A stretch of DNA of 64,000 nt from Mobula hypostoma (Eukaryota). The notes under the pieces are model-generated. The model was not told where the DNA came from. It saw only the letters and a list, made by a program, of their open reading frames with translations, and ran no database searches. The stretch's first letter is position 1. Each line of letters begins with the position of its first letter. Below, piece by piece: positions 24,795 through 38,074 of this stretch. The position numbers were made by a program, and so were the translations under genes. Location: assembly GCF_963921235.1 (NCBI RefSeq), contig NC_086100.1, positions 200,944,001-201,008,000 of the forward strand, written 5' to 3'.

Positions 24795-24992
24795 TCACAC
24801 ACTAAATGCTGGAGGAACTCAGCAGGCCAGGCAGCCTCTATGGAAAAAAAGTACAGTCGACGTTTCGAAGGGCCTTGGACCGAAACATCAACTGTTTACT
24901 CTTTTTCACAGCTACTGCCTGGCCTGCTGAGTTCCTCCAGCGCTTTGTGTGTGTTGCTTGGATTTCCAGCATCTGCAGATTTTCTCTTGTTT
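24795..24992. mobile_element. Palindromic non-autonomous PLE derivative (inverted terminal-repeat pair)
   Basis: GCTGGAGGAACTCAGCAGGCCAGGCAG ... CTGCCTGGCCTGCTGAGTTCCTCCAGC inverted arms enclosing hammerhead remnants (GTCGACGTTTCG / CCGAAACATCAAC). Confidence 0.8.
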
Positions 24993-26555
24993 GGAATTTC
25001 CTTGGCCTTCTGAGTAAGCATAGGTACTGATGTGTTTGTGATTCAAGTTTATTGTCATCTGGCTATACATACATACAACCAAATGAAACAACATTCCTCC
25101 AGACCAGGGAGCATACAGAAAACATATCACACCTCACACGGAGCGCACAAACCTAAATATTACCACAAGTAAATTAATAAAATATAATTTCAGATGCATG
25201 TGCAGCATAGGTAAACAACTTCCTGTGCAAGTGAGGAGACCTCGGTGGTGTCAGGGTATTCATTAATCTCACAGCCTGAGGGAAGAAGCTGTTACCCAGT
25301 CTGACAGTCTAGTCCTGATGCTTCTGTACCTCCTTCCTGATGGGAGTGGGTCAAAGAGACTGTGGGATGGGTGGTAGGGATCCTGAACAATGCTTTGGGC
25401 CCTTTGTTTACAATGCACCAGGTAATTGTCACTACTAGGAGGGATGGAGTCCAAATGTTGCCTGACCTGCCAGCTGTTTCCAATATTTTATATTTTTATG
25501 AACATAGCCCATGGAACAGTCCAACACGGGAATGAGCTCCTTAGCCCACTGTATCTATGCCAACAGTCAGGCCAATTTAAACTGCCTCCATTCTCTCCAA
25601 GTGTATCCCTCCATCCTCAGCCTGTTCATGCACCTGTTTAAATGTCTCTTAAATGCTGTTAATGTATCTGCCACCAATATCCCTGATGAGGCTTCAGACC
25701 ACAATTGGAGTATTGTGAGCAGTTTTGGGCCCCGAATCTAAGAAAAGATGTGCTGGCATTGGAGAGGGACCAGAAGAGGTTCACGAGAGTTATCCCAGGA
25801 ATGAAATGTTAACATATGAGGAGTGTTTGATGGCCCTGGGCTTGTATCAGAAACAGAATCAGAATGACAATCAGGTTTATTATCACTGGCATGAGTCGTA
25901 AAATTTGTTAACTTAGCAGCAGCAGTTCAATGCAATACATAACCAAGCCCAGATTTTAGCAGGGCTAGGCTGGGCTGTAGCCCAGGGGCCCGAGCTGCAG
26001 AAGGGCCCAAGATAGGTCGCTATCATCATGGCGGACAAAAAAAAAATACGAGAGTGGAGAACAGAAAAGAAAAAAGAAACAGGAAAAAGAGGACCGTGAA
26101 AAGGAAGCATTAAAAAAGACATTGAAATTGACAGAATTTTTAAAACCTGTTCTCGATGATGCAGCAGTACCATCGCTTGTGTCACAGTCTGAAACCGGTG
26201 GACAAACAGAGACTTGTTCAACAGCTAGCACTAGCACCAGTGTTAGCACAGGACCACCGTCCTTGTCACAGTCAGCAGCTAACGTTGAAGAGGCAGAGAG
26301 CATGACTTTGGGATTCCTGACCACAGAGGCCTCCGAACAACCAAGTCGGGCCGCCATTAATGTTAACGTTACCGCTACTGAGGATCCTTACAGCACTGAT
26401 CCTGCTCGCTGGGGAAAGGTAACGTTGGATGATTCAGTCCGAGAGTACTGGGCTAAGAAAGGGCCAGAGTCCTGCCAGAATAATGATGTGGACATCAAAG
26501 CTTCGGAACAAGTATACAACAGCAGGGACGTTTTTTCTCCAAATTTCACTTCAAA

Positions 26556-27312
26556 CGGACACGTCTCATTAGCGGGGCAGCAGTATGGTCGCATTGTTTA
26601 TTCCAGGGACCAGCTGATTGCGCTTATACCGGCTGGTTTAGCAAGCAGAGCGGCGGACACCCCGGCTGAAATCTGGAGGAAAACACACAGAGGATGCAGA
26701 GGGGGATCACAAAGTCGAGGAAAGAGGACCGGGTTGAGACACAGAGACTTATGGAGAAGAGGAGTTTGATGGGTACTAAAATGGATGAGTTGACGGCGCT
26801 AGCCAGGAGTCAGAGAACATTTTGGGAGAGCAGTGTTATGTGTTTTACTGAAACGTGGCTGCATGAGGACATACCCGACCAAAACGTTTCCATAGAGGGC
26901 TTCCAGACTGTCCGGGCTGACCGGAAGTGCACTGAGAGCGGTAAGCGTAGAGGAGTTGGGGGCTTGCTGTTCTGGTTAACAATGGATGGTGCAATCCAGG
27001 TCATATTATGATCGAGGAACGTGTTTGTAGACCGGATATTGAACTTCTTGCTATTGGACTCCGGCCATATTCCACCGAGATACAACACTGGGCGTCATGG
27101 CCTGTGGCCATCGAACTTTGCAGCTCCTCCCGTGGAGGGTCAGACACCCTGAGCCAATAGGCTGGTCCTGGACTTATTTCCATCTGGCATAGTTCGCATT
27201 TTGTTGTTTGATTGTTTGTGGTTTTTGTATTGCTATATTTATGCTCTATTCTTGGTTGGTGCAGCTGTAACGAAACCCAATTTCCCTCGGGATCAATAAA
27301 GTATATATATCT
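26556..27312 (+). mobile_element. Internally deleted Rex1/Babar-like LINE nested in the hAT
   Basis: 5' VYSRDQLIAL and APE motif KMDELTALARSQ...MCFTETWL...GFQTVRADR jump to the same 3' UTR as 1090-1290. Short AAAC direct repeats at the borders. Confidence 0.7.
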
Positions 27313-27553
27313 AAACACAAGCTCGAAAATGGTGAGTACAATATCAAGGCAATGGCCCTTATATTCCCCTTCCATCGGCTGTGTGTTTTGTTTTGCATGC
27401 CGCATCTTCAGTGATGGTAACTGTCAGTCCATCTTCGAAACTGGCTTTAGCGACTGGAAACATGCCGCTAAGCGCATAGAGAGCATGAAAATAGCAAACA
27501 ACAAGGAAAATGGTACCGACCTACGTTACACTAGCGTCTGACAGCGGAAGAAT

Positions 27554-28150
27554 TAGATTATGAAGACACGTAGTCCTCTTTTATTGCCATTTAGTAATGC
27601 ATGCATTAAGAAATGATACAATATTTCCTCCGTTGTGATATCACAAAACACAGGACAGACCAAGACTGAAAAAACTGACAAAACCACATAATTATAACAT
27701 ATAGTTACAACAGTGCAACAATACCATAACTTGAAGAAGTTCATGAGCACAGTAAAAAGTTCAAAGTCTCTCAAATGTCCCACATCTCACGCAGACGGGA
27801 GAAGGAAGAAAAACTCTCCCTGCCATGCCGACCACAATCCAACTCTGAGTCATCCGAAAACTTCGAGCTCTGATCAGCTCTCCGACACCGAGTACTGAGC
27901 GCTATTTCTGTCCGAACGATTCGACCTCAACATCGCTCGCCAACAGCAGGCAAAGCCGAAAGATTCACAACCACATAGTAACGACAGCAGCGAACGAGCG
28001 TTTCAGAAATTTCTCCAGATGTTCCTCTGTGCTTTCACGTCCATTCTCCAACAAATCAGAATTGTCCACGGCCCCTATTTAACAGATACGATATCATTTT
28101 TCACCGGAGGGCTGCGCACGCGCGGCGCGCTGCTCTCTCTCCTCCCGCCT
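27554..28150 (-). mobile_element. ~600-bp non-coding retroposon-like insertion nested in the hAT
   Basis: Interrupts the transposase remnant just before RIDTEL; AGAAT direct repeats at 27549-27553 and 28151-28155; CpG-rich end at ~28110-28150. Confidence 0.6.
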
Positions 28151-30257
28151 AGAATAGATACAGAACTGCAAAAACAGTTGGAGTCAGAGTGTGTCTGCTG
28201 GACTGGAGTATTGAGAAGAGTGGTGGCGTTTGTGAAGTTTTTGGTCGAGAGGGGACTGTCTATCCGAGGCTCCAGTGACATATTTGGCAGGCCTGATAAC
28301 GGCAACCACATAGGCTCAGATCCACAATGGGACAGGAGAGGCTGAATCTTCTTACTCTGATGTCACTTGAAAGTGATCTTGTTTGGAAACTGGATTTTAG
28401 TGATCTGATCAAGGACTTTGCTGCGAAGAAATCCAGAAGAACTAGGCTTTAATTTTGAAAAACAAGCATCTGACTTTGTAAATATCTAGGCTCGTGTGTC
28501 AGTGCTGTTCCTGTTTTTGTGGCAACAGGCTAATAGTTGACTGTTTACAAACCTAGTAAGTAATAAGTGGTCTTTACTCTGCAAGCCGCACAGCACAGTA
28601 ATAGGTTAATATGTGCTAGATCTCATTTTTTGAAAAGATTGATGGAGTATTGTCAAGTTTCCTAGTTTGCCATAGTGCCATCTCCCTTGGCCTTTGTCTC
28701 TCATTTACGTTTTACTTTCTCAGAACGCATAGTTGAGAAAAATACCTAGATAAAAATCCTTTGGTATTGTTTGAGAAATAAGGCCTATGGTATGTGCAGC
28801 CATAGCCAAATGAAGATTTAAGATTGGGTACATCATACTTCGTCTCCCTCATAACTTTACTAAGCCAACTAAGCCTAGGTCAATTTTTGAGTGCTTTAGA
28901 TGCTGTCCTTCAAACTAAGAACCTGCATTACTTTCTGTCCTCCCTCTTAAGGCCTGCAAGTTTATAGCCTACATATTGTACTAAACCAATGTCTTGGTCC
29001 ACAGCATTGATATTTAGACCAGTATGACCTTTGCTCTTGTTCTTGCCTTTTTTTGCTTAGTACAGCAACATTTTACGGTGTCAGCAGGGACCCATCAGGG
29101 CCTCGAGCCCAGGAGCCCTGGCCCCACAAAATCCGGCCCTGTACATAACATAGAAGAAGAAGAAAAAACAGAATAAAATAATAATAATTATTATTATTAT
29201 AAATAAATAAATAAGTAAATCAACTACAGTATATGTATATTGAATGGATTAAAAATCATGCAAAAACAGAAATAAAATATATTTAAAAAGTGAGGTAGTG
29301 TTCATGGGTTCAATGTCCATTTAGGAATCGGATGGCAGAGGGGAAGAAGCTGTTCCTGAATCACTGAGTGTGTGCCTTCAGGCTTCTGTACCTCCTACCT
29401 GATGTTAACAGTGAGAAAAGGGCATGCCCTGGGTGCTGGGGGTCCTTAATAATGGATGCTGTCTTTCTGAGATACCGCTCCTTGAAGATGTCCTGGGTAC
29501 TTCGTAAGCTAGTACCCAAGATGGAACCGACTAGATTTACAATCCACTGCAGCTTCTTTTGGTCCTGTGCAGTAGTGCCCCCCTCCCCCATACCAGACAG
29601 TGATGCAGTCTGTAAGAATGCTCTCCACGGTACAGCTATAGAAGCTTTTGAGTGTATTTGTTGACATGCTAAATCTCTTCAAACTCCTAATGAAGTATAG
29701 TCGCTGTCTTGCCTTCTTTATAAGTACATCGATTTGTTGGGACCAGGTTAGATCCTCAGAGATCTTGACACCCAGGAACTTGAAACTGCTCATTGTCTCC
29801 ACTTCTGATCCCTCTATGAGGATTGGTATGTGTTCCTTCATCTTACCCTTCCGGAAGTCCACAATCAGCTCTTTGGTCTTACTGACATTGAATTCCAGGT
29901 TGTTGCTGTGACACCACTCCACTAGTTGGCATGTCTTGTTCCTGGAGTTCAGAAGAATGAAAGATATTCTTATTGAAGTATATTGAATACTGCATGGAGT
30001 GGTTGTGGACAGGAGAGGGTAGTGGAGGGTTCCAGGACCAGAGGACACAGCCTTAGAATAGAGGGATGTCGATTTAGAACAGAGATGAGGAGTAATTTCT
30101 TCAGCTAGAAGGTAATGAATCTGTGGAATTAATTTCCAGGAGAGCCGTGGAGCCCAAGTAATTGGGTATATTTAAACTGGAGGTTGAAAGGTTCTTGGTT
30201 AGTCAGGGCATCAACCGTTATGGGGAGAATGCAGAACAGGGTTGAGAAGGATAAAAG

Positions 30258-32145
30258 ATTGAATTGAATTGAATCAACTTTATTACTTACATCCTTCACA
30301 TACACGAGGAGTAAAAATCTTTATGTTACGTCTCCGTCTAAATGTGCAATTTATAGTAATTTGTGATAAATAGTATGTACAATAGGACAGTCAATATAAC
30401 ATAGAAGTACAATTGTATCAGGGTGAATTAATCAGTCTGATGGCCTGGTGGAAGGAGCTGTCCTGGAGCTTGTTGGTCCTGGCTTTAATGCTGGGGTACT
30501 GTTTCTCCAATGGTAGCAGCTGGAACAGTTTGTAGTTGGGGTGACTTGGGTCCCCAATGATTCTTCAGTCCCTTTTTACACACCTGTCACTGTAAATGTC
30601 CTGAATAGTGGGAAGTTCACATCTATAGATGCGCTGGGCTGTCCACACCACTCTCTGCAGAGTCCTTGATTGAGGGAAGTACAGTTCCCACACCAGGCAG
30701 TGATGCAGCCAGTCAGGATGCTCTCAATTGTGCCTCTGTAGAAAGTCCTTAGGATTTGGGGACTCACGCCAATCTTCTTCAACCGTCTGAGGTGAAAGAG
30801 GCGCTGTTGTGCTGGTTTCATCACACAGCTGGTACATACAGACCACGTGAGATCCTTGGTGATATATCTGCCAAGGAACTTAAAGCTGTTCTCTCTCTCA
30901 ACCCCAGACCCATTGATGTCAATAGGGGTTAGCCTGTCTTCATTCCTCCTGTAGTCCACAACCAGTCCTTTGTTTTTCCAACATTGAGGGAGAGGTTGTT
31001 TTCTTGACACCACTGTTTCAGGGCGATGACTTCTTCTCCGTAGGCTGCCTCATTATTGTTTTAGATTAGGCCAATAAGTGCAGAGTTGTCAGCAAATTTA
31101 ATTAGCAGACTGAAGCTGTGGATGGCGACACAGTCATGAGTATACAGAGAGTAAAGGAAGAGGCTTAGGACACAGCCCTGAGGGGCACCTGTGTTGAGGG
31201 TCAGAGGGGCAAAGGTGAGGGAGCTCACTCTTTCCACCTAATTGGATCCAGTTACACCAAGCAGGGCGAAGGCCAAGGTCTCTGAGCTTCTTGTCAAGGC
31301 TGGAGGGAATTATAGTGTTGAATGCTGAACTGCAATCCAAGAACAGCATTCTCAAATAAGCATCCTTCTTCTCCAGGTGTGTAAGGAGGGTGTGTAGAGC
31401 TGTAGCTATCGCGTCGTCTGTCGATCGGTTGTGTCGTTAGGCGAATTGTAGGGGGTCCAGTCTGGGTGGTAGCAAGCTGCAGATGTAGTTCTTCACCAGC
31501 CTTTTTAGGTACAGAGACAATGGTGGATTTTTTGAAGCAGGAGGGCTCGCTACACTAGGAGAGGGAGAGATTAAAAATGTCTGTAAACACACCTGCCGGT
31601 TGTGCCACGCACATCCTGTGTACCCGCCCTGAGATGCCGTCCGGTCCCGCGGCCTTGTGACTGTCCACTCATTGGAAACATCTGCGTACTTCAGCCTCAG
31701 AGACGACCAAGGTGCAGGTCGCATCAGCGGCTCTCCTCGGGGGCTCAGTGTTGGCGACATCGAATGAAGCGTAAAAAAGATTTAGTTCATCTGGGAGAGA
31801 GGCAGTGATGTTGGCAGCACCACTGTGCTTAGCTTTGAAGTCTGCGATGGTGTGCAGACCTTGCCATAAGCTGCATGTGCTGTTAGTGGAGAGTTGTGTC
31901 TGGATCTTGTCCCTGTATTGTCGTTTTGCTGCCTTGATGACTTTGCGCAGATTGTAGCTGCATTTCATGAGGTCCTGTTGGTTACCGGCAACGTAAGCTC
32001 TGTGTCGCGCAGTGAGCATAGCTCGCACGGAACTGGTGATCCTGTGTTTCTGGTTTGGGTCGACCCTGACTGATTTATGGGGGGGCAATATCCTCGACGC
32101 ACTTCCGGATGAAGCTCGTGACCCCTTCCAAGATGGAATGACGGA
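30258..32145 (-). mobile_element. Rex1/Babar-like LINE RT fragment
   Basis: [51 protein letters not shown]; (TTGAA)n tail at ~30258-30275. Confidence 0.85.
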
Positions 32146-32179
32146 GCAGACACCATGGGCCAAATTGTCTATTTCTGTT

Positions 32180-34223
32180 TCTATGTCTTAGGAGCTTGTA
32201 TGTGCCTGTCAGAATAAAAGGTAAAGATAACAAGTGTAGGGAATCTTGGTTTTCAAGCAATATGGAAGAGAAAAGAAGGAGGAGCAGAGCAGGTACAGGC
32301 AAGTTGGAACAAATGAGGTGCGTATGGAGCACAAATGCAAGAGAACCCTTCAGAAAGAAGTCAGGGGGGCTAAAAGAAGGCATGAAGTTGCTGTAGCAGA
32401 CGAGGTGAAGGAGAATCCTAAGAATTCTACAGATATGTTAAGAGCAAAAGGATTGCTAGGGACAAAATTGGTCCTCTGGAAGACCACAATGGTAATCCAT
32501 GTGTGGAGCCAAACGGATGGGGGAGATCTTAAATGCATTCTTTACATCTGTGTTTACTCAGGAGATGGATACAGAGTCTAGAAGTGAGGCAAAGTGACAT
32601 CAAGTTCATGGACTCTGTACAGACTACAGAGGAGCCGGTGTTTGCTACCCTGAGGCAAATCAGGGTGGATAAATCCCCAGGGCCTGACAAAGTGTTCTCT
32701 CAGATCCTACGGGAGGCAAATGCAGAAGTAGCCAGGGCCCTAGCAGAGATATCTGAAACATCCTTAGCAAGAGGAGAGATACAAGAGGATTGGAAGATAA
32801 CCATTCTTCCGCTGTTTAAAAAAGGCTCTAAACGGAAACCAGGAAGTTATAGGCTGGTGAGCCCAACATCAATGTGGGAAAATTATTGGAAGGAGTTCTA
32901 AGGGAGCAGATGTATAAGTATTGGGATAAACATGGACTAATTAAGGGTAGTCAGCATGGCTTCGTGTGTGGTAGGTCACGTCTAACCTATCAGTTCTTTG
33001 AGGAAGTTAGCAAGAAAGTGGATGAAGGCAAGACAGTGGATATTGTCTACATGGACTTTAGCAAGGCATTGGACAAGGTCCCGCATGGGAGGCTGGTTAA
33101 GAAGGTTTAGTTGCTTGGTATTCAAGGTGAATTCAAATTGCATTAGACATTGGCTTTGTGGGAGAAGTCAGAGAGTGGTAGTAGATGTTTTCCTCTCTGA
33201 CTGGAGGCCTGTGACTAGTGGTGTGCCTCAGGGATCAGTGCTGGGTCCGTTGTTCTTTGTCATCTATATCAATGATCTGGTTGATAATGCAGTTAACTGG
33301 ATCAGAAAATTTGCGGATGACACGAAGTTTGGGGCTGTAGTGGACGGTGAGGAAGAATGTCATGGTTTGCAGAGGGATCTGGATCGGCTGAAAAAATGAG
33401 CTGAGAAATGGCAGATGGAACTCAATGCAGACAAGTGCGAGGTGTTGCTCTTCAACAGGAACGACCAGGGTAGGTCTGACACAGCAAATGATCAGGCACT
33501 GAGGAGTGTGGTAGAACAAAGGGATCTGGGAATACCAGTCCATAATTAGTTGAAAATGGTGTCACAGGTAGATAGGGTCATAAAGAAAGCTTTTGACACA
33601 TTGGTCTTCATAAATCTAAGTACTGAATACAGGAGATGAGATGTTATGTTGAAGCTGTATAAGACGTTTGTGAGGCCTAATGTGGAGTATTGTGTGCAGT
33701 TTTGGTCACCTACCTGCAGGAAAGATGTAAGCAAAGTTGAAAGAGTGCAGAGAAAATTTACAAGGATGTTACTGGCTCTGGAGGACCTGAGTTATAAGGA
33801 AAGATTGAAAAGGTTAGGACTGTGTTCTTTAGAAAGTAGAAGATCGAAAGGAGATTTGATAGAGTTATACAAAATTAAGAGGGGTATAGGTAGGGCAGAT
33901 GCAAGTTGGCTTTTCCTGCTGAGGTTGGGTGGGACCACAACCAAAGGTCATGGTTTAAAGGTGAAAGGTGAGAAGTTTAAGAGGAACATGAGGGGGAATG
34001 TCTTCACTCAGGGAATCATGAGAGTGTTGAATGAGCTGCCAGCACAAGTGATGCATGCAAGCTCGATTTCAACATTTAAGAGAAGTTTGGTTGGGTACAT
34101 GAACAGTAGGGATATGGAGGGCAGTGGTCCCGCTGCAGGTGGATAGGAGTAGGCAGTTTAAGTGGCTTGGCATAGATTAGATGGGCCGAATAGCCTGTGC
34201 TGCACTTCTATGACTCTATGACT
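32180..34223 (+). mobile_element. CR1 LINE ORF2 fragment with 3' end
   Basis: KSPGPD, SQHGF, YMDFSKALDKVPH, SGVPQGSVLGP, KFADDTK, LYKTFVRPNVEYCVQFWSP; (CTATGACT)n tail. Confidence 0.9.
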
Positions 34224-34459
34224 CCAAACTGGGGGATTGCTGGCAACTTGGCTTGAATGGCCAGAAGGGTCTATTCCTATCTCAATAAATACAGTAAATC
34301 TTAACTGTGTCCCAGGGGTGAAGGAACAGCAGGAGCCTCTGGCTCGTCCAGAGATGCTGACACACTCATGGTCATGTCGTGATGGCAGGGGCATGGTAGT
34401 GGAATCCTACAAATCTTGCTGGGCCGGTTTAAGGTGATCTACTGAAATAATGCAGGTTC

Positions 34460-37400
34460 ACCCTTCTTATCTCTGATAAAAGTCTTTCCCTCCTTTCCGA
34501 AACGCAGAACAAGCCACCATAAGGGAGCCTAAGGGGATGTTGGTGTGCATCATGGCGGATGAAAACAAACAAGGTGGAATGTAGGTCAACAGGAACCCGA
34601 GAGTCCTGTACGCTGATGGGAGGTAGGAATAGGTGAAAAGGAATTGAATTCCTTGAGGAAGGTGGAACACTGTTTGAAGGCAGACCAGGTGGTCATGGCG
34701 TCAGGAGTAAAATCACTTGGCACTTGCAACACTGCCTGTATACCAACTCTGCATCTTTTGGAGCTGTGCTGAGGACCAGCAAGACGCATGGGAGACAGTC
34801 ATGCTAACAATCAACTGCCATAGAAGCCCTCAGAGCAGCCTTTAAGGAGTGGTGAAACTGCTCAGGTAGGCTATTGGATTGCGTGTGATATGCCATGACG
34901 TGAAGTAGCCTATTGGTGAGGTTCTGGGCCTTTGCCGCCCAGAGGTCTGATATAATTGGGGACTGCGGTCAGAGGAGATATCAGATGGGGTGTGAAACCA
35001 AGCAATCCAGGTGCTGATGAAAGCTCGAGTCACATCTGCAGCTGTCGTCGACGCTAGAGGGGCAACCTCTGGCCATCTGGTGCTATGGTCCACCATGGTA
35101 AGGAGGTGCGTGAAACTGAAGGAGTGGGGAAAGAGGATCAAGAAGGTCCTCATTGCCACTGTCAAACTGTCATTCAGGGACCTCAAAAGGTGCCGACAGC
35201 ATTTAAACATGGCGGTTAATTTTGCCTGTTGGAATTCCACACAGGCTGCAGTCCAATCGCTCACGTCCTTTCTAAGGCCAAGCCACACAAACTTGAATGC
35301 AGCCAGTTTCTGTGACCCTTCCGGTTCAGAAGCGAGAGGTCACGTATAGAATCAAAAAGAGTCCACTTCCAGTTTGCGGGCACTATGGGGCGAGGGTGAC
35401 CATATGAGACATCACACAGGGGAGAAACCCCAGCTTTCTGGAACTTAATGTCAGCCAACTGCAGGCCCGTGACTGCTGTCGTGAAGCCTGGACCTCTGGG
35501 TCAGTACTTGGCCAGTTGTCATGCCAGCATAGTCAACCCCTGTGTGTATGGCCTCAACGGCTGGCCATGAGAGGCAAGCAGCCACAGCATTATTATTCTC
35601 CTTGATTTGTTGTACTGTATATCATTTGTGAACTCTGATATTTACATCAGTTGGTCATCGTATGCACGAGTCGACAAACACTGTGAAATGGCGACCCTCT
35701 AGAAGAGGATGAAAATGGCGGACAACCAGACAGAGACTGAGAAGCATATGGTGAAACGTGCTGGAATTCTTTTCGGGAGGACGGAACTACCAGCTGAAGA
35801 AGGCAAGCGGCTGCCACACGCCTCTAACCAACTGTTCGTGCACAGCAACCAGAGCATCGTCTGAAGCATCAGTAGTAATTGCTAGAGGTGTGTTGGAGAG
35901 TGGATGCACCAGGAGGGTCGCGATGGAAACAGCTTACTAGGCATCATCAAATGCCCTGCTCATGTCCACTGACGAGTCAAGCATGTGATTAAGAGTTATT
36001 GCCTTTAAGCGCACTATACAGGGGAAGCAAAAGTTCACAAGTGGAATGAATCGGTGACAGAAATTCACCCTGCCCAAAAACTCCTGCAGTTTTTTTTAGT
36101 AGTGCAGGGCCGTGGGAAATCCATAATTACAGCTGCTTTTGAGGGGAGTGATTCTGCACCTTCTGCGGAGATGTGATGACCAAGAAAATCAATGCTTGAC
36201 AACCCAAACTGGTATTTAGCAGGGTTAATCATCAACCCGTCTTGGCTTAAGTGCTCCTAATGTGTGCGGAGATGTGATAAGTGTTCAGATTTGGATGCAC
36301 TGGTGACAAGTAAATCATCCAGGTAAACAAAAAGAAAATCTAAGTCTTCTAATACAGCGTCTATCAGCCATGGGAAAGTCTGGGCTGCATTTTTCAGCCC
36401 AAATGGGATGCACAGAAACTCAGAGAGGTCAAACGTGGTTAGCACAACTGTTTTGGGAATGTCCTCTGAGCACAGACACCTAGCTCCCAACTGGAACGAC
36501 TTTGGAAAAAACTAACTTTCTGGCTAAATGTGCCAAAAGTCTTGGTAGTGTAGGACCAGGTAACAATGGGGGTGGTGACCTTATTAAGGTGTTGGTAGTC
36601 ACACATAAGCAGCAACAACCATTGGACTTAGGGACCATTGGAGGGGTGAAGCCCAGCAGCAATTCGACTGGCGAACAATGCCAAGTCTTTCCATATTGGC
36701 AATCCTAGCCTTCAAGGTTGCCAGCTTCTCTGGGTCCAGTTTACACGTGCAGGAATGGACTGGACAGCCAGATGTAGAAATGTGGGGCTTGACCTCACAT
36801 TTTGTGATTGTAGTGGAGAATGTGGGCTTGGTGAGGCTTGGGAACTCACCCCACAGTGGAGAAACTCACACGTGGTGGTATATAACAGAGTCGCTTTGGG
36901 GAACTTACTGCGGGAGCAAAGTAACAATCCAAAGTCCTTGACGTCCACAAGGCCACAGTTCTTAAGATCGACTCCTAGTCCTTGGGCACACACGAAATCT
37001 GCACTGAGCGGAGGTCTAGCCACTTCAGCTAGGACAAGTTCCCATGATTTACGTCACCCACTGAAGCGGTGTCACCAGTCGTGTCCTGTAAGTCTCGAGC
37101 CTGCTGCCGTTGGCAATCTTGAGCGAGGTTTTGTTGCTCTTTGCCTTCTCATCAGTAGGCAATGCTGGCAGCACACTCACTTCAGCAACTGCGTTACACA
37201 GGAAGCATCGCCCTGTCAGGGTGTCCGTAATAAACAGTAAACGACCCCAGCAGCTGGAACCCACGGTGTTCACAGACTTCTGATGTCCCGATGAGCTGGC
37301 ACTGTCGAAGCTGCCAGGGGGTGGCACCTCCTAGTGTTCCTACTAAAGCGGGCGTGGTAAGACACAGGCCTGGCATCGTCTGTTTGGCGTCTGCAGGTGT

Positions 37401-37960
37401 CCTTATGTTGGGAGGCCTTGCTAACCAGGCTTACTGAGGTAGAGAAAGGAGGAGGAACGATGCACCGCTGCCTGGCTAAATGTACACTATGCAAGCTCCC
37501 TATAGCCCACCACGAGTACATTGGCGAGGGCTATGTGAACTTGATCGGGCATTTGCTGCATTAAGAGTTCACTAAAAATAAAACAAGGATGGTGATTTAC
37601 CAGGAGGGACAACATGTGGTCCATTAGCTTAACATCACCGAAGCTGGGCAAGGAGAGCGACTGTTTGGTGCACTCGGACTCTGATAGTCCGTAAGTCTGT
37701 AAAAGGTGAGTTTTCAGCAATCGGTATATATCGTGTTCAGGCGGGTGTTCCAGTAGACTCACCACTCTCGCAGCCGTGGAGATGCCTAGTGACACAACTA
37801 CTTAGTAGATTTTGGTGTCGTCAGCAACGACTTATCGCAGTGTGAATTGTACAAACAAATTTTGGCACTTTGCTCTGCAAACTCCAGCAGTTTCAAAGCA
37901 ACTGTGTTGGCCAACATGTTCAATAACTCAAGTCATCCCAAAGCATAGTGGTCATCAATG
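34460..37960 (-). mobile_element. Ty3/Gypsy LTR retrotransposon internal region, decayed
   Basis: Domains in Gypsy order: gag (VVSLLEHPPEHDIYRLLKTHLL), protease (LLFITDTLTGRCFL...EVSVLP), RT (PFGLKNAAQTF...VYLDDLLV), integrase (HLLTMVDHSTRWPE; ISSDRSPQ). Many frameshifts; paired LTRs not found. Confidence 0.85.
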
Positions 37961-38074
37961 TAGGTTATTGCAAATAAAACACGTCAGGCATTTTATATTT
38001 AACATAAAACCATAACAACTTATTTATATTACTCCAAACACTGAACACAAAGCATGGTAAATTACATTATCCTG

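Larger units (their letters stand above)
25944..29141 (+). mobile_element. hAT (Tip100/ZMYM1-like) DNA transposon, internally deleted
   Basis: 8-bp TSD TACATAAC (25936-25943, 29142-29149); TIRs CAAGCCCAGATTT / AAATCCGGCCCTG. Transposase pieces: KYESGEQKRKK, TTF-type finger YSPSIGCVFCFAC...GFSDWKH, LRRVVAFVKFLVERGLSIRG, then directly the C-terminal LRSTMGQERL...IKDFAAKKSR. Confidence 0.9.
25850..29930 (-). mobile_element. Rex1/Babar-like LINE 3' fragment split by the hAT insertion
   Basis: ORFs 29509-30048 and 29361-29591 (LVEWCHSNNLEFNVSKTKELIVDFRK...KARQRLYF). The 3' UTR continues on both sides of the hAT to a (CAGAAT)n tail at ~25850. Confidence 0.8.
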
